DNA of 64,000 nt from a virus (taxonomy: Duplodnaviria > Caudoviricetes). The stretch lies in IMG/VR virus record IMGVR_UViG_3300037067_003400, positions 64,001-128,000 of that record, one strand, 5' to 3'. Positions 39,128-49,917 of the stretch are shown here, piece by piece. Position 1 is the first letter of the stretch, and each line of letters starts with the position of its first letter. The notes beneath the pieces were generated by a model. It did no database searches, was not told the DNA's origin, and saw only the letters and a list, made by a program, of their open reading frames with translations. The position numbers were made by a program, and so were the translations under genes.

Positions 39128-39626
39128 TAATTTATAGGAGGTAGTTATGATTTATGATAGATATAATAAGTCAAAAAAGAAACTCAGATGTTCTGCTGGT
39201 ATAAGTAGAAGACGACTTGAGGAAGAGAACAGATTGCTTAGAGAAAGACTTGAAAGAGAAAAAAGGAATAGACCCAGTGAGCATCCAGAATCTTATGGGA
39301 ACTGGGAGTAGAGGAGATTTGTATGTCAAAAGTTGTTGATTTAAAGAAAGAACATAAGATATTTACTAAGTACTGGGTTGGGGATTCTTTTTACGAAGTG
39401 GACCGCAATTGTATTAAGTGTTATATAGTAAGGGGAATCTCTATAGATGGAGATAACATTAGTTATAATTGTACTTGTTCCACTCTTAGTACAATGGGTA
39501 AGTCCCCTGGGAATATAACTGCGACTATAGCAGTAGGGTCAGAGGATAGGTACCTTGATTCTTTAGATTATTCCATAGCTGAGTTTTCTAAGAGAGTAAT
39601 AGAAGATGTAACTGCATTCTTTAAGG

Positions 39627-40010
39627 ATGCTGCTGAGAAGGCACGAGTTGCTTAGGGAGTATATATTTTATCTAATACGCTGGCAGTTGTCTACTCCTAT
39701 ATTGGCTTGGTGCATAGTCTATTTTGGTTCACTGGGAAGCGGTTGGTCTACTGTGTTAGCAAATTTAATAGGTGGCTTACTCTTCTTCTGGGTAGACAAG
39801 TTCCTTATCTTTAGGAATAAGACTACTACTGAGATATGGGAAGTGTTACATGATAAAGAATGTTACAGGTGTAACAAGATTGGTAGAGTGTACAGATTGG
39901 TTAAGAAGGACAAATATGATAAGACTGTGTCAACTCCTGTATATTTATGTGAACAATGTTCTGATAAGAAGTATCGAAAGATACTGGAAAGTGAGTTTAG
40001 TAATGGTTAA
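39627..40010 (+). CDS. GtrA-like 2-TM protein with C-terminal Zn ribbon (start uncertain)
   Basis: YLIRWQLSTPIL...VLANLIGGLLFFWVDKFLIF; CYRC...CEQC. Confidence 0.5.
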   Translation: MLLRRHELLREYIFYLIRWQLSTPILAWCIVYFGSLGSGWSTVLANLIGGLLFFWVDKFLIFRNKTTTEIWEVLHDKECYRCNKIGRVYRLVKKDKYDKTVSTPVYLCEQCSDKKYRKILESEFSNG

Positions 40011-40413
40011 AAATTCCAAGCCACCACGTCCTGGTGGAACTTATGAACTAATAGATAGTGCTAATGGTATTGGTGTGGTGCATCCAGATGTTTTTGATAG
40101 ATTAAGTAAATACAATCCCTGGTTCTGTTCTGTGTTGGAAGACATAGCTGAGACTACATTAGCAAAGGGTGCTGACTACAATAAGGATACTCCATTCGAT
40201 ACCTTTATTTATGGTGGGCAGATAGCAGAGATATCCCCAGAGAAAAGTATACTTAGTCAGATAGGTGTTAAGATATCACGTATACTTAGTCTCTTTGGTA
40301 GTGGTAAGACTGAGAAGAATGAGAGTAGAGAAGATACACTATTAGATTTATCGGTGTATATTCTACTTTACTTTGCATACACGAGAATGAAAGAAGAAAA
40401 AGATGAAAGCTAA
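40003..40413 (+). CDS. nucleotide-modification-associated domain protein (DUF1599/Nmad1-like)
   Basis: KGADY...KISRI...ESREDTLLDLSVY. Confidence 0.75.
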   Translation: MVKNSKPPRPGGTYELIDSANGIGVVHPDVFDRLSKYNPWFCSVLEDIAETTLAKGADYNKDTPFDTFIYGGQIAEISPEKSILSQIGVKISRILSLFGSGKTEKNESREDTLLDLSVYILLYFAYTRMKEEKDES

Positions 40414-42578
40414 ATGTGCCAGATGTAAAAAAGAACTTCCTAATGTTCCTGACTACTTAGCTAATGCTACCTGGCTCTGTAAAGAACATTCAGATAGTAA
40501 GGGCAGCACTAAATCTTCCCAGGAAAGTAAATCAATAAAGACAAGTATATGTGTAGAGTGTGGAAACTTCTTTGAGTTTAGTAAACATAATAAGTATAGA
40601 AAGTTCTGTGATGAGAAATGCAGGGTAGTTTATAATAATAAAAAAGCTATAGCTAAAAGAAGAACTCCAGCCGCAGTTGCTATAGTTAAATTATTAGGAG
40701 GATAACAATGAACTGTAAGTTTGATATTGATGATGTGTTCTATACCTTTGATAGTAGTAATATAAGTAAATGTACTGTGACTGGGATAAGTAGAAACCAA
40801 CAGAACAAAGAGCTTATGTATTCTTACAGTGCTATATGTGTAGATTTTTGTGGTAGAGTGCATGAAGAAAATAGATATGACTCGGTGGACTATATATATA
40901 AGAATGCCAGTACAGACTTGGAAGTTTTTACGGAAAGGTTTATGCAGAGTGTGAAAGAGAATTTAGGTAAATGGTTTAATGTTGTAGATAATAGAGAGAG
41001 GGCTAAGAAATGAGTAGAGACGCTATAGATTTAGAAGCCACACTTCTTTTCCAGGAGTTCATGGCTAAGGATTCTAAATATCCTGTTAAGAAATTTCGTA
41101 AAGATAATGGTCTTAATAGTGTTGAGTATATATTTGAGGTTAGAGTTTCTTGGTTTAAAACTATTTACATTGGTATTATAGAGAGTGATGATATAGGTTG
41201 GAGACAGGGATGGAAGATGTATGAGGTCGTCTTCTATAAAAATTGTCATTTCGTTGGAGAGAATGTAAAGGCCAGATTAAAAGGTGAAGCTGAGGAACTT
41301 GCTAAGTGGTGGGTGGCTTCTTATAGGGCAGATTCGTTGAAGTGTAAGTATACAAATGATATGTCTATCTTGGAATCTATAAAGAAGTTTATTAGGAGAA
41401 AGTAATGATTAACAATAAGTTTAATGTTAATGATATGGTATGGTATGTAAGACTGGAAGAGTGCAGAGTTGTTTGTATAAATCTTTGCAAGGTAAATATA
41501 GTAAAACAAAAAGCTTCTGGCATATACTATGAACTTGGTTTGTTTTGCTGGAAGAGCCAGCTAATAAAACCATCTGATGAAGGTGTTATATCTGCTCCTG
41601 AAGACCATATATTTTATGATCTTAGTGATGCTGCAGATTTTGTAAACTCTCTGAAGTTTAGTAAATAGGAAAAAGAAATGATTAATGAAGATATTAATGG
41701 GTATTGGAGATGTCTTACTTGTAGAGAGTTTAAAGATGTGTCAGACCCTCGATGGAGGTGGAATGGTAGTAGTTGGGAGCATCATCATGGGTATCCTATT
41801 GGTTATGTAGAAGCGAAGCTGATAGACCCAGTGAAAACTATACTTGAGTTGGAAGCCAAAGTAAGTAAGCTTGAGGTAGAGTTTTTAGCTGTAGTAAAAA
41901 ACTTTCTTAGAGATGAGTGTGTGTATGAGTGCACACATGAAGACCATAATAGTGATTTGTTATACTATTGTGATATGGGTGACTATAATATTCAGTGCCA
42001 GAATAGTGAACACTTTGAATTAAATGTTATTGACTTAGAAAAACATAAGTATTGTTCCATGTGTGGTAAACCTATTAGAATAGTTAAGAAGGTGACATAA
42101 TGACTAATGTAATTGTTTTAATAATAGTTGTAGTACTTGGTTTATGTTTTGCTTACTTTGCTATAGCAGGACTCTACTATCTATTGAGTTGGTTGTTTAT
42201 TAAATGTGGGTGGAGGAAATAAGATGCTTAAATTTGATAGAACTTTTATTAGTGATGAGCGTTATGAGTTTCCTGTGTCTATATCTATTGGGAAAGAAAA
42301 GAAGTTTGAGCAATTAGTAAACAATTTTGCTGAGTCTTTTCGTGCCTTTAAGGATATGGAGCCAGACCTTCACCAGATTTCTAAGCATATTTATGCTGAT
42401 GACTATAAACTAAAGTGTTATGTTTTTGGTAACAAGAGAGACCATATGGTTTTTTACAAAGACTTGGTAAGTATTGTTTGTTACAGTTGTACCCTTATCT
42501 ACATTGTTATATCTGATGATGACCATACTAATTTTGCTGAGTATGATGTAAGTGATTTGTTAGAGGAAGGAATTTGTT

Positions 42579-43751
42579 ATGAATGATGAAGAGCTAATTG
42601 TAGAAGCAGTAGAACCTATTGAAGATAAGGTAGTAGATAAATTAGCAGCAGCTAAGAAGATAATGGCTTCATTAAATGCTGCTAAGAAGAAAGCTAAGCC
42701 GTTAGATACAAGGCCAGCTGTTTATATAGCTGGTGAGCATCCTGAGTTGTTAGACCATGGTATTGTTAGAAGCAGTAATACTGCTTTTAATGTAGGTGTA
42801 CATGGTGGATTAAGAAGAGGTATACTTACTATCTTCTGGGGTAAAGAAAACACTGGGAAGTCCTCTGCCGCCTATGAGTTTATAGCACAAGTTCAAAAGG
42901 AAGGTGGAGTAGCTGCAGTGGTTCATTCGGAATCATTGTTCCCAGCTGAGTCTGCCAAAGAGTTAGGTGTTAATCTTGATGAACTAATTATGATTCAGGA
43001 TTTTACTTCTGGAGAGGACGCTGTTAACTCTCTCTTTAAGTTGATGTATGATGTAAAGACAGGCGTGCCATTAAACATATTAGATATAGTAGTTATTGAT
43101 TCATTAGCTTCTTTGGTTCCCAAGTATGTTGTGGACAAGATGGATGATGAGGGCTTTGAAGCTCAGAGTATGGGTGCTCATCCTAAGATGATAACTGGTA
43201 TGGTTAATAGAATCTTTGGCACTGGAGCTTCGGCTAAGACTGCTATCATAGGTATCAATCAGTTAAGAGAAAAGATTGGTGGCTATGGTAACCCAGAAAC
43301 TCAGGGCGGTGGTCATGCCTTAGCTCATATGGGTAAGCTTGTATGTAAGTTTGCTACATATTCAGCCGATAGAATCTTCGAAGGCAAAGGTGATGATAAG
43401 AAGCGTGTGGGGCATACTGTCCATGTTATAATAGAGAAGAACCAGTCTGGACTTGGTGGGCATCCAGGGGAAGAGTTCTCTTATGATGTGTACTACCATA
43501 AAGGTAGTGATAGTATACAACCTATTATAGATGCTGCTTTAGTGGATGGTTATATAGAAGAACCATCTAAAGCCTGGTTCCAAGTACTTCCTAAAGAAAT
43601 TGATTTCATTAAAGAGATGGGACTTTGGGATGAGAAGAAGAATGCTCCCCTTAAGATTCAGGGTAAGCCAAAGCTTAGAGAGATTGTAGCTTCTAATGAA
43701 AAACTACTTAATAGGTTAAGAGATTTAGTAGAAAAAACAGAAGGAATATAA
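42579..43751 (+). CDS. recA: RecA/UvsX-like recombinase
   Basis: Walker A GKENTGKS, VVIDSLASLVP, INQLREKIGGYGNPETQGGGHAL. Confidence 0.92.
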   Translation: MNDEELIVEAVEPIEDKVVDKLAAAKKIMASLNAAKKKAKPLDTRPAVYIAGEHPELLDHGIVRSSNTAFNVGVHGGLRRGILTIFWGKENTGKSSAAYEFIAQVQKEGGVAAVVHSESLFPAESAKELGVNLDELIMIQDFTSGEDAVNSLFKLMYDVKTGVPLNILDIVVIDSLASLVPKYVVDKMDDEGFEAQSMGAHPKMITGMVNRIFGTGASAKTAIIGINQLREKIGGYGNPETQGGGHALAHMGKLVCKFATYSADRIFEGKGDDKKRVGHTVHVIIEKNQSGLGGHPGEEFSYDVYYHKGSDSIQPIIDAALVDGYIEEPSKAWFQVLPKEIDFIKEMGLWDEKKNAPLKIQGKPKLREIVASNEKLLNRLRDLVEKTEGI

Positions 43752-44752
43752 TGAATGCTTCCCAGAAATTAAAACTTAGATATGTTATCAATAAGTTGTA
43801 TCCTCTGGGTACTATGTTTTTTGATGGTAGTAATATATTAGGGTATCACTATGAATTTAGTGGTACCAATGAATTTCTTCATATGGATTATGGAAGAGAA
43901 TATCTATTTAAGGTAAACTTAGATACTGCTAATATCATATTTACCAAAGAAAAGATAATATTCCAGATACCCTATCATACTGGTGGATATCATGACCATT
44001 ATCTTAAGTTTGTTAAGACACTAGATGTTTTAGAAATGTCCGAGCGTGTCGTGGAGTATGAGTAATGAGTTTTACAGATACTGGCGTTATGAATAGATTC
44101 ATTGATGTGTTTACTGCACAGAGAGAACTTGATAATAGTATACGTGTAAGTGGTGTGGACTATACGGACTGGGCAGTTAATATATCTAAGTTAGATGGCA
44201 CTATATGGTTGTGTTGTGCAGATACACCTCGAATTTATTTTAATATAAGTGACATTATATTCTATGAGCATTCTATTTATATAGAAAGTATTAACCTATA
44301 TTTACAGTTTGTTAGTAGAGAGGGAGAACTTTTATTTTGTAGAGGAGTAGTATATGAGTAGTACTTTTGTTCCTGATCTCTCAATGTTAACTGATAACTT
44401 TATATATGATATAGGATTAACCAGAATATATTCCAGGGTATGGAAAGAAACACCATTAAAGTTTAGAATGTTGTATAATTATTTAAAATATGTTGGAAGA
44501 AATAAGTTTGAGTTGACGTACAATGCATTACCTATAAAGTATATTGAGTTTAAAGGTACTGGTGATCCCAAAGTTTATAGCTTAGCGATTAGAGCTGAAG
44601 ATAAGTTTGTAGATCTTTTTATATTTAAGAATGATATTATTTTTAGGGGTGATCTTGTTTTGTTATTTTGTGAGAGTGTGCAACTTAAAGCTGTTGATCA
44701 CAAAGGTAATCCTATAAAAGCATGTATGTATGAAAGCTATGATTACGAATAG
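43751..44752 (+). repeat. three tandem paralogous small ORFs (43751, 44065, 44354), with a fourth at 47398
   Basis: Shared [ND]-I-I-F-x3-I/L-I/Y...L-x-F-V motif; the three tandem ORFs all end in YE. Confidence 0.5.
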
Positions 44753-44769
44753 TATAAGTGAGGAATACA

Positions 44770-45729
44770 ATGATTTATGAGAAGGCTATTAACTATTGTG
44801 CAGATAGATGGCCAGAAGTTTTTACTGAGGAAGCTTTAGAAAAGATTAATTACAAGTGTACTCCTAAGGGCATGCTTACTCAGTTACTGTACTTAGCTAA
44901 GGTAGCTTGTGATAAGTGTGATAGATGTGATTCACAGGCTAATAGATATGGTAGTAAATCTGTCTTTGCTGATGGTGATATAGGTGCTAAGATATTCGTA
45001 GTAGGAGAAGGCCCTGGGCAGTTCGAGCAAAGAACTCTTATTCCATTTACTCATTATGTAGAATGGATAAGTAGTAGGTGCGGTTTCTGTAATAAGTTAG
45101 ATGCTTGCTATCCAAGGAAGACTATGCTATCTGGGGAACGTTTGCCGATGACAGAGTGCAAGCAAGCCTACTGTGAGGATAGTGAAGTAATTAAGAGGTC
45201 AGAAGATAGAACTCGTGTACCTGCTACTGTAAGCAATATTCTTAATAAAGCTATCTATCCAGAGTTTACAAGAGATTGCTGGAATAAGGTTAAAGCTATT
45301 AGAGGGAAGGCTCGTGTAGAGTCTGACTTATATATAACTAATGTGGTTAAGTGTAGGTCAGTAGCTTTTGGAAAAGATATCCAGCCACATGTTCCATGTA
45401 GGAATGCTTGTAAAGTGTGGATGGATATACAACTTACTTTAGTTCAGCCTAAGATTCTAATTTTATTGGGTGGAGTAGCTGGTCAATACTTCTTAGGTAA
45501 AGACTTTATGATTAGTAAAAGCAATGGTCTTTTTAATGAGGTGAAAGCTTTATCTATTGCGTACGAAGGACTTCCCAGAAGTGTAGAATATATAGGGTGT
45601 GGCTATCATCCTTCAGCTATAGGTAGAGTAGAAGATGATGTTACTAAGAAAGATATGCTTGCTGGATTAAAGGGTGTCTTTGTGAAAGCAAGAGAACAAC
45701 TTGATAAGAAAGTGGAGGTAACTGTATGA
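44770..45729 (+). CDS. uracil-DNA glycosylase family 4-like with Cys-rich insertion
   Basis: CDKCDRC, VVGEGPG..E...PF, YITNVVKCR, PKILILLGGVA, YHPSA. Confidence 0.85.
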   Translation: MIYEKAINYCADRWPEVFTEEALEKINYKCTPKGMLTQLLYLAKVACDKCDRCDSQANRYGSKSVFADGDIGAKIFVVGEGPGQFEQRTLIPFTHYVEWISSRCGFCNKLDACYPRKTMLSGERLPMTECKQAYCEDSEVIKRSEDRTRVPATVSNILNKAIYPEFTRDCWNKVKAIRGKARVESDLYITNVVKCRSVAFGKDIQPHVPCRNACKVWMDIQLTLVQPKILILLGGVAGQYFLGKDFMISKSNGLFNEVKALSIAYEGLPRSVEYIGCGYHPSAIGRVEDDVTKKDMLAGLKGVFVKAREQLDKKVEVTV

Positions 45730-46259
45730 TAGATCAGGTAAAGACTCGTGTTACTGGTATAACAGTAGAGAATCATCAGGATATTGTAAAGTATCTGAAG
45801 AGTAAAGATATTAAAATGCTCTTCCTATATAGAGAACCAAAGAATCAGTATGATCCTTTTGCTATAGCTGTAAAGGCTAAACTGTTTAGTGTTAGTTATG
45901 GCTGGTATACATGTTTAAAGTGTGAACATAAGTGGGAAGAAAAGGCAGATAAGTGTCCTAAGTGTGACAGCCCTGATATATTCCCAGGTAAGTTAGCTCG
46001 TATTGGTTACATACGTAACAGAGGTATACAATGTACTACTTGCGGATGGGAAGATAATGTAAAAGCTGGACAGGAGATACCTACTATATGCTCTGCTTGT
46101 GGTAGTGAAACCATCATGAGAGCTGGATTAGCTACTGAGTTGGCTAAAGCAATGGATAATGGTGTTAATTATGCATGTGAAGTTTTAGAATATACAGGAG
46201 GCGAAACTGACAAGAAGACAGTAGGCGTTAATATAATGATAACTAAGTTAGAACAATAG
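45726..46259 (+). CDS. HIRAN-domain protein with two inserted Zn ribbons
   Basis: VTGIT, LYREPKNQYDPFAIAV, RIGYI; four CxxC pairs. Confidence 0.75.
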   Translation: MIDQVKTRVTGITVENHQDIVKYLKSKDIKMLFLYREPKNQYDPFAIAVKAKLFSVSYGWYTCLKCEHKWEEKADKCPKCDSPDIFPGKLARIGYIRNRGIQCTTCGWEDNVKAGQEIPTICSACGSETIMRAGLATELAKAMDNGVNYACEVLEYTGGETDKKTVGVNIMITKLEQ

Positions 46260-46586
46260 GAGGCATTTGTGATTGTTATAGATATAGTAAAGATAGTAGC
46301 CCAGTCTCCTTCTGCTAAGAAAATTGTTGTATATACCATAAGCGCAGCTCTCGGGGAAATTGCTAAGATAAAGGGTAGACAAATAATGCATGCTCGAGAA
46401 CTAAAGAATAGACAGAACGCAATGGTAGAAAAGAAGCCTGTAGTTTCTAAGCTTGTTGATACTGTTAAAAGATTATCAAAAAGAAAGCCTACAGAAGAAG
46501 TTGTAATTGAGGAGATAACTGTAACAAAGTAGAATAATTTTTACCTTCAGACTATAATATATATGGGGATAATATGGAGTATATTA

Positions 46587-47393
46587 ATGTCTGAAGAATG
46601 TGAAGAGTTTGAAGTAATTGAGAACAAACCTTATGTAAGTTTTTCTCAGTTGAATATGTGTCAGAGATGTCCTATGCAATGGTTCTATAGATATGTGGAA
46701 GGTATTAAGTCGCCTCCTGGAATTGCGTTAGCAAAAGGAAGTGCATATCATAAAGCATTAGAAACTAATTTCTCTCAGAAGATACAATCTGGGGTGGACT
46801 TGCCGATAGGTGATGTAAAAGATGCCTTTGTTACTGAATACTCAAGGATATTTTCTGAGGAAGAAGTAGTTATTCAGGAAGGTGAGTCATCTCATGAGGC
46901 TAAAGATTCTGGTGTTGCAATGGTTGAGTCATACTTTAGAAGTGGTGTTACTAAAACTATGCAGCCAGTCTCCGTAGAGAATAAGTTGACGGTTCCCATC
47001 CCAGATACTGAATATGATTTAGTTGCTGTTGTTGACTTAGAGTTAACTAATGGTAAAGTTATAGATCATAAGACAGCTTCTAAAAAATGGTTTGGCAACA
47101 AGGCTCTGTTAGATCAGCAATCTACTACGTATGCTATAGCATTGAATAGGGAGCCTCTCAATTTTGAATTTCATGTGATGGTAAATGAAAAGGTGCCTCA
47201 ACTATATATACATCCAGCACATAGAGATTCTGAAGACATAGCCTGGTGGCTAAGTAATGTAAAAGGTCTCATTAAAGAGATGGAATTACTTAGAGAAGGT
47301 GCATTCTTACCACGACCAGATGGCTGGTGGTGTGATAAAAGATGGTGTGGGTACTATGATAAGTGTATGCCACATCGCTTTAGAGGGAGGTGA
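46587..47393 (+). CDS. Cas4/RecB-like PD-(D/E)XK exonuclease
   Basis: SFSQLN..CP, GSAYHKALE, VE...VVD...IDHKT, Q...Y, C-terminal C...WCGY...C. Confidence 0.88.
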   Translation: MSEECEEFEVIENKPYVSFSQLNMCQRCPMQWFYRYVEGIKSPPGIALAKGSAYHKALETNFSQKIQSGVDLPIGDVKDAFVTEYSRIFSEEEVVIQEGESSHEAKDSGVAMVESYFRSGVTKTMQPVSVENKLTVPIPDTEYDLVAVVDLELTNGKVIDHKTASKKWFGNKALLDQQSTTYAIALNREPLNFEFHVMVNEKVPQLYIHPAHRDSEDIAWWLSNVKGLIKEMELLREGAFLPRPDGWWCDKRWCGYYDKCMPHRFRGR

Positions 47394-47681
47394 CAATATG
47401 AGATCTGACATTTTCATGTTGAATGAAATGCTGCAATCTAATGAGTTTTCTGAGATTCTTGTAGATTGTAATAAGGTAAAAGAGATTAAGATAACAGAAG
47501 ACCATCCTGATATGTATAGTCTTAGATATAAGTTTGATGGAGAGCCTAAGAATACTTTATCTAAGTATGGTGGTGCTTTTGATTTATGGACAAGGACTAT
47601 CCATTTCGATGATGATGATATACTGATAACAGTAGAGGGTATGTATACTCATCGCATTACATTTGTAAGAAAGGATAATGA

Positions 47682-48170
47682 ATGAGAAAGGTATTGAAAG
47701 TGTTGCTGGCAACGTGTGTTGCCGGTGTGTTTGCAATCTCTGCATTGTTTGCAGATGATTTTAGTGTAGGAGTGTTTACTCCTAAAGAGCTTGGTACTCA
47801 GAGGTCTGTTATATCAGTTACTGCATCAAGAGTAATTGATACTAATGAATGGGCAACTACTGAGTCAAGGCTTGAAGCTGCTGCTTCTTTCACACAGCTC
47901 AATCAGTTTAATACGTATCAGAAATATGGACTTAGCGTTGGCAAGTTTGTCAACGTAGGAGACCCTGCTGGATTCCTTGGAATCAAGGTAGGGGCTGGTC
48001 CTGGTGTATACTGTACAAATATTGATGAGAATGTGAACGTTGATTTTGGTGGATTCGTAGAAGGTAGACTACGGCTTACTGATAATATGTATTTCCAGGC
48101 TGTATATACTGACATTAGAAATAGCACTAACGGAGACGGTTGGAATTTTGCATTAGCTTATAAATTTTAA
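47682..48170 (+). CDS. putative outer-membrane beta-barrel protein
   Basis: Signal peptide, alternating amphipathic strands, C-terminal WNFALAYKF. Confidence 0.65.
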   Translation: MRKVLKVLLATCVAGVFAISALFADDFSVGVFTPKELGTQRSVISVTASRVIDTNEWATTESRLEAAASFTQLNQFNTYQKYGLSVGKFVNVGDPAGFLGIKVGAGPGVYCTNIDENVNVDFGGFVEGRLRLTDNMYFQAVYTDIRNSTNGDGWNFALAYKF

Positions 48171-48196
48171 TTTAAATAAACAATAAAATAAAAGTG

Positions 48197-48233
48197 AAGG
48201 GTACTATCTTTATGGTAGTACTCTTAATTTTTT
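48197..48233 (+). terminator. putative terminator after the OMP-like gene
   Basis: AAGGGTACTATC-TTTAT-GGTAGTACTCTT followed by AATTTTTT. Confidence 0.55.
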
Positions 48234-48245
48234 AGGAGGATTATT

Positions 48246-48725
48246 ATGGGATATACAACTGAGTTTGATGGTGAGTTCTTTTTAGATAAGGAGCTAACTG
48301 ATGCTCATTATAATTACCTTGTAGCTTTTGCTAATATACGTCATCTTGAGAGGAGAGCTAATGGTAATGTTCTAAAACCTGACCCTATTAGAGAGACAGC
48401 TGGGTTACCCTACAATCCAGATTATTATGTAGGTGATGATGGTGAGGGTAGGTTTGATGATATAATAGATATAAACAAACCCCCGAAAGATGTTCCTGGT
48501 TTATATTGTCAGTGGGTTCCTACTGAAGATAGACAAGGTATAAGCTGGGATGGTGGAGAAAAGTTCTATGAGTATATAGAATGGTTGGAGTATCTTATTA
48601 AACATTTCCTTTCTCCCTGGGGATATACTGTTTCTGGCGTTGTTAGATTTAGAGGTGAAGATTTTGATGACATGGGAGAACTAACTGTAGAAGATAATAA
48701 AGTAGATATGAGGTATTACAGTTGA
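48246..48725 (+). CDS. conserved phage hypothetical protein
   Basis: MGYTTEFDG...PGLYCQW...WDGGEKFY..IEWLEYLI; strong RBS. Confidence 0.6.
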   Translation: MGYTTEFDGEFFLDKELTDAHYNYLVAFANIRHLERRANGNVLKPDPIRETAGLPYNPDYYVGDDGEGRFDDIIDINKPPKDVPGLYCQWVPTEDRQGISWDGGEKFYEYIEWLEYLIKHFLSPWGYTVSGVVRFRGEDFDDMGELTVEDNKVDMRYYS

Positions 48726-48948
48726 TTACTTCACTGGGAATAGTAGATGATCATGATGCTGTTACTCTTAGAAAGTTACGCAATAAAGTAAAGCCAGAAA
48801 CTTGTTGTAATAAAAAGGTAAGGTATTTTGATATAGATTCTGCTATATTGGGTATAAGTAGAATAAAGGATAGAAATAAAAGAGCTGGGAAGTTGGACGT
48901 ATACAGATGCCCACTCTGCAATTACTATCATATAGGTCATGGTAAACA

Positions 48949-49917
48949 ATGAAGAAGATTTTTTATGGTTCTAATAAAGAACTTGTTAGGTATATAAGCA
49001 CTAAAGAAATCAATAAAGTAAAAGTTGCCGGGGGTATTTATAGATATATAGATGATGTAGAAGAACTGGAGATGGTTCTTAAGTCTGTTGCTTTATTCTT
49101 TTTTCCATCTTGTCCTACTACTTATATATACACCGGCAAAGATTTTGCTAAGGTAGCTTCTATTGAATGCAATACAGATAATGTCTATGTTGTATTTCCT
49201 GGGAGTTCTGTGCCGCAAGAGTTTGCTAAAAACAAATGGATGCTTGTGTGTTGTGATGTGAGTGACTCTGTACTTGCTGAGTTTATATCTGGAGAATGTG
49301 ATAAGTATATTAAGAAGCTAAAGTTTATTGATGATCCAGTTCCAGTTATAAAAGAACTGCTTGCTACGTACAAAATGGATCCTTGGAAAACAGAAAATGA
49401 ATTCTTTAGATATCTACTTCTTAATACTATAGGAAACGTGGAACAGGAATATAGTTTTGATATTTCTGAGCCTGATAATATAGTTTATATTGTAGTAGAT
49501 GGTATACTTGATAAAGATTTTTCCTGGATAGATTTAACTAAAGATATAACTGTTACAGATGTAATAGGTATTAATAAGTTATTATATATTAAACTTTCTA
49601 TGCTACTACAGATTGAAATGTTAATAGAAACTGGTAAGATAGTAGACTTAGATGCATACTGTTCCATAGGTAAACAAACAAGAACATTTACTATGTTTTC
49701 TAATGATATAAAGGAAACAGTTTTTGGATACATAGGTAGAACTAAATGGTTATATAGTAAGTTCATGCAATACAGTAAGCTGTGGACTATAGATGAGATT
49801 AATGATGTATTGTTAGCTGTTAGTAAGACTAAGATAAACATATTGGAAGAGTACTACTTAAGTTATCCTGCTGGGATTGTATATAATATAATCTTTAGTT
49901 GTTTTGGGAGGTATTAA
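48949..49917 (+). CDS. putative clamp-loader delta (HolA-like) subunit
   Basis: 322 aa, no Walker A, abuts dnaX; weak pattern DPWKTENEFFRY. Confidence 0.45.
   Translation: MKKIFYGSNKELVRYISTKEINKVKVAGGIYRYIDDVEELEMVLKSVALFFFPSCPTTYIYTGKDFAKVASIECNTDNVYVVFPGSSVPQEFAKNKWMLVCCDVSDSVLAEFISGECDKYIKKLKFIDDPVPVIKELLATYKMDPWKTENEFFRYLLLNTIGNVEQEYSFDISEPDNIVYIVVDGILDKDFSWIDLTKDITVTDVIGINKLLYIKLSMLLQIEMLIETGKIVDLDAYCSIGKQTRTFTMFSNDIKETVFGYIGRTKWLYSKFMQYSKLWTIDEINDVLLAVSKTKINILEEYYLSYPAGIVYNIIFSCFGRY

Noticed and set aside
46587-47393. Cas4-like nuclease as evidence for CRISPR-Cas
   Set aside because: Solo Cas4/RecB-like nucleases are common in phage recombination modules; no cas1/cas2 or array is present.
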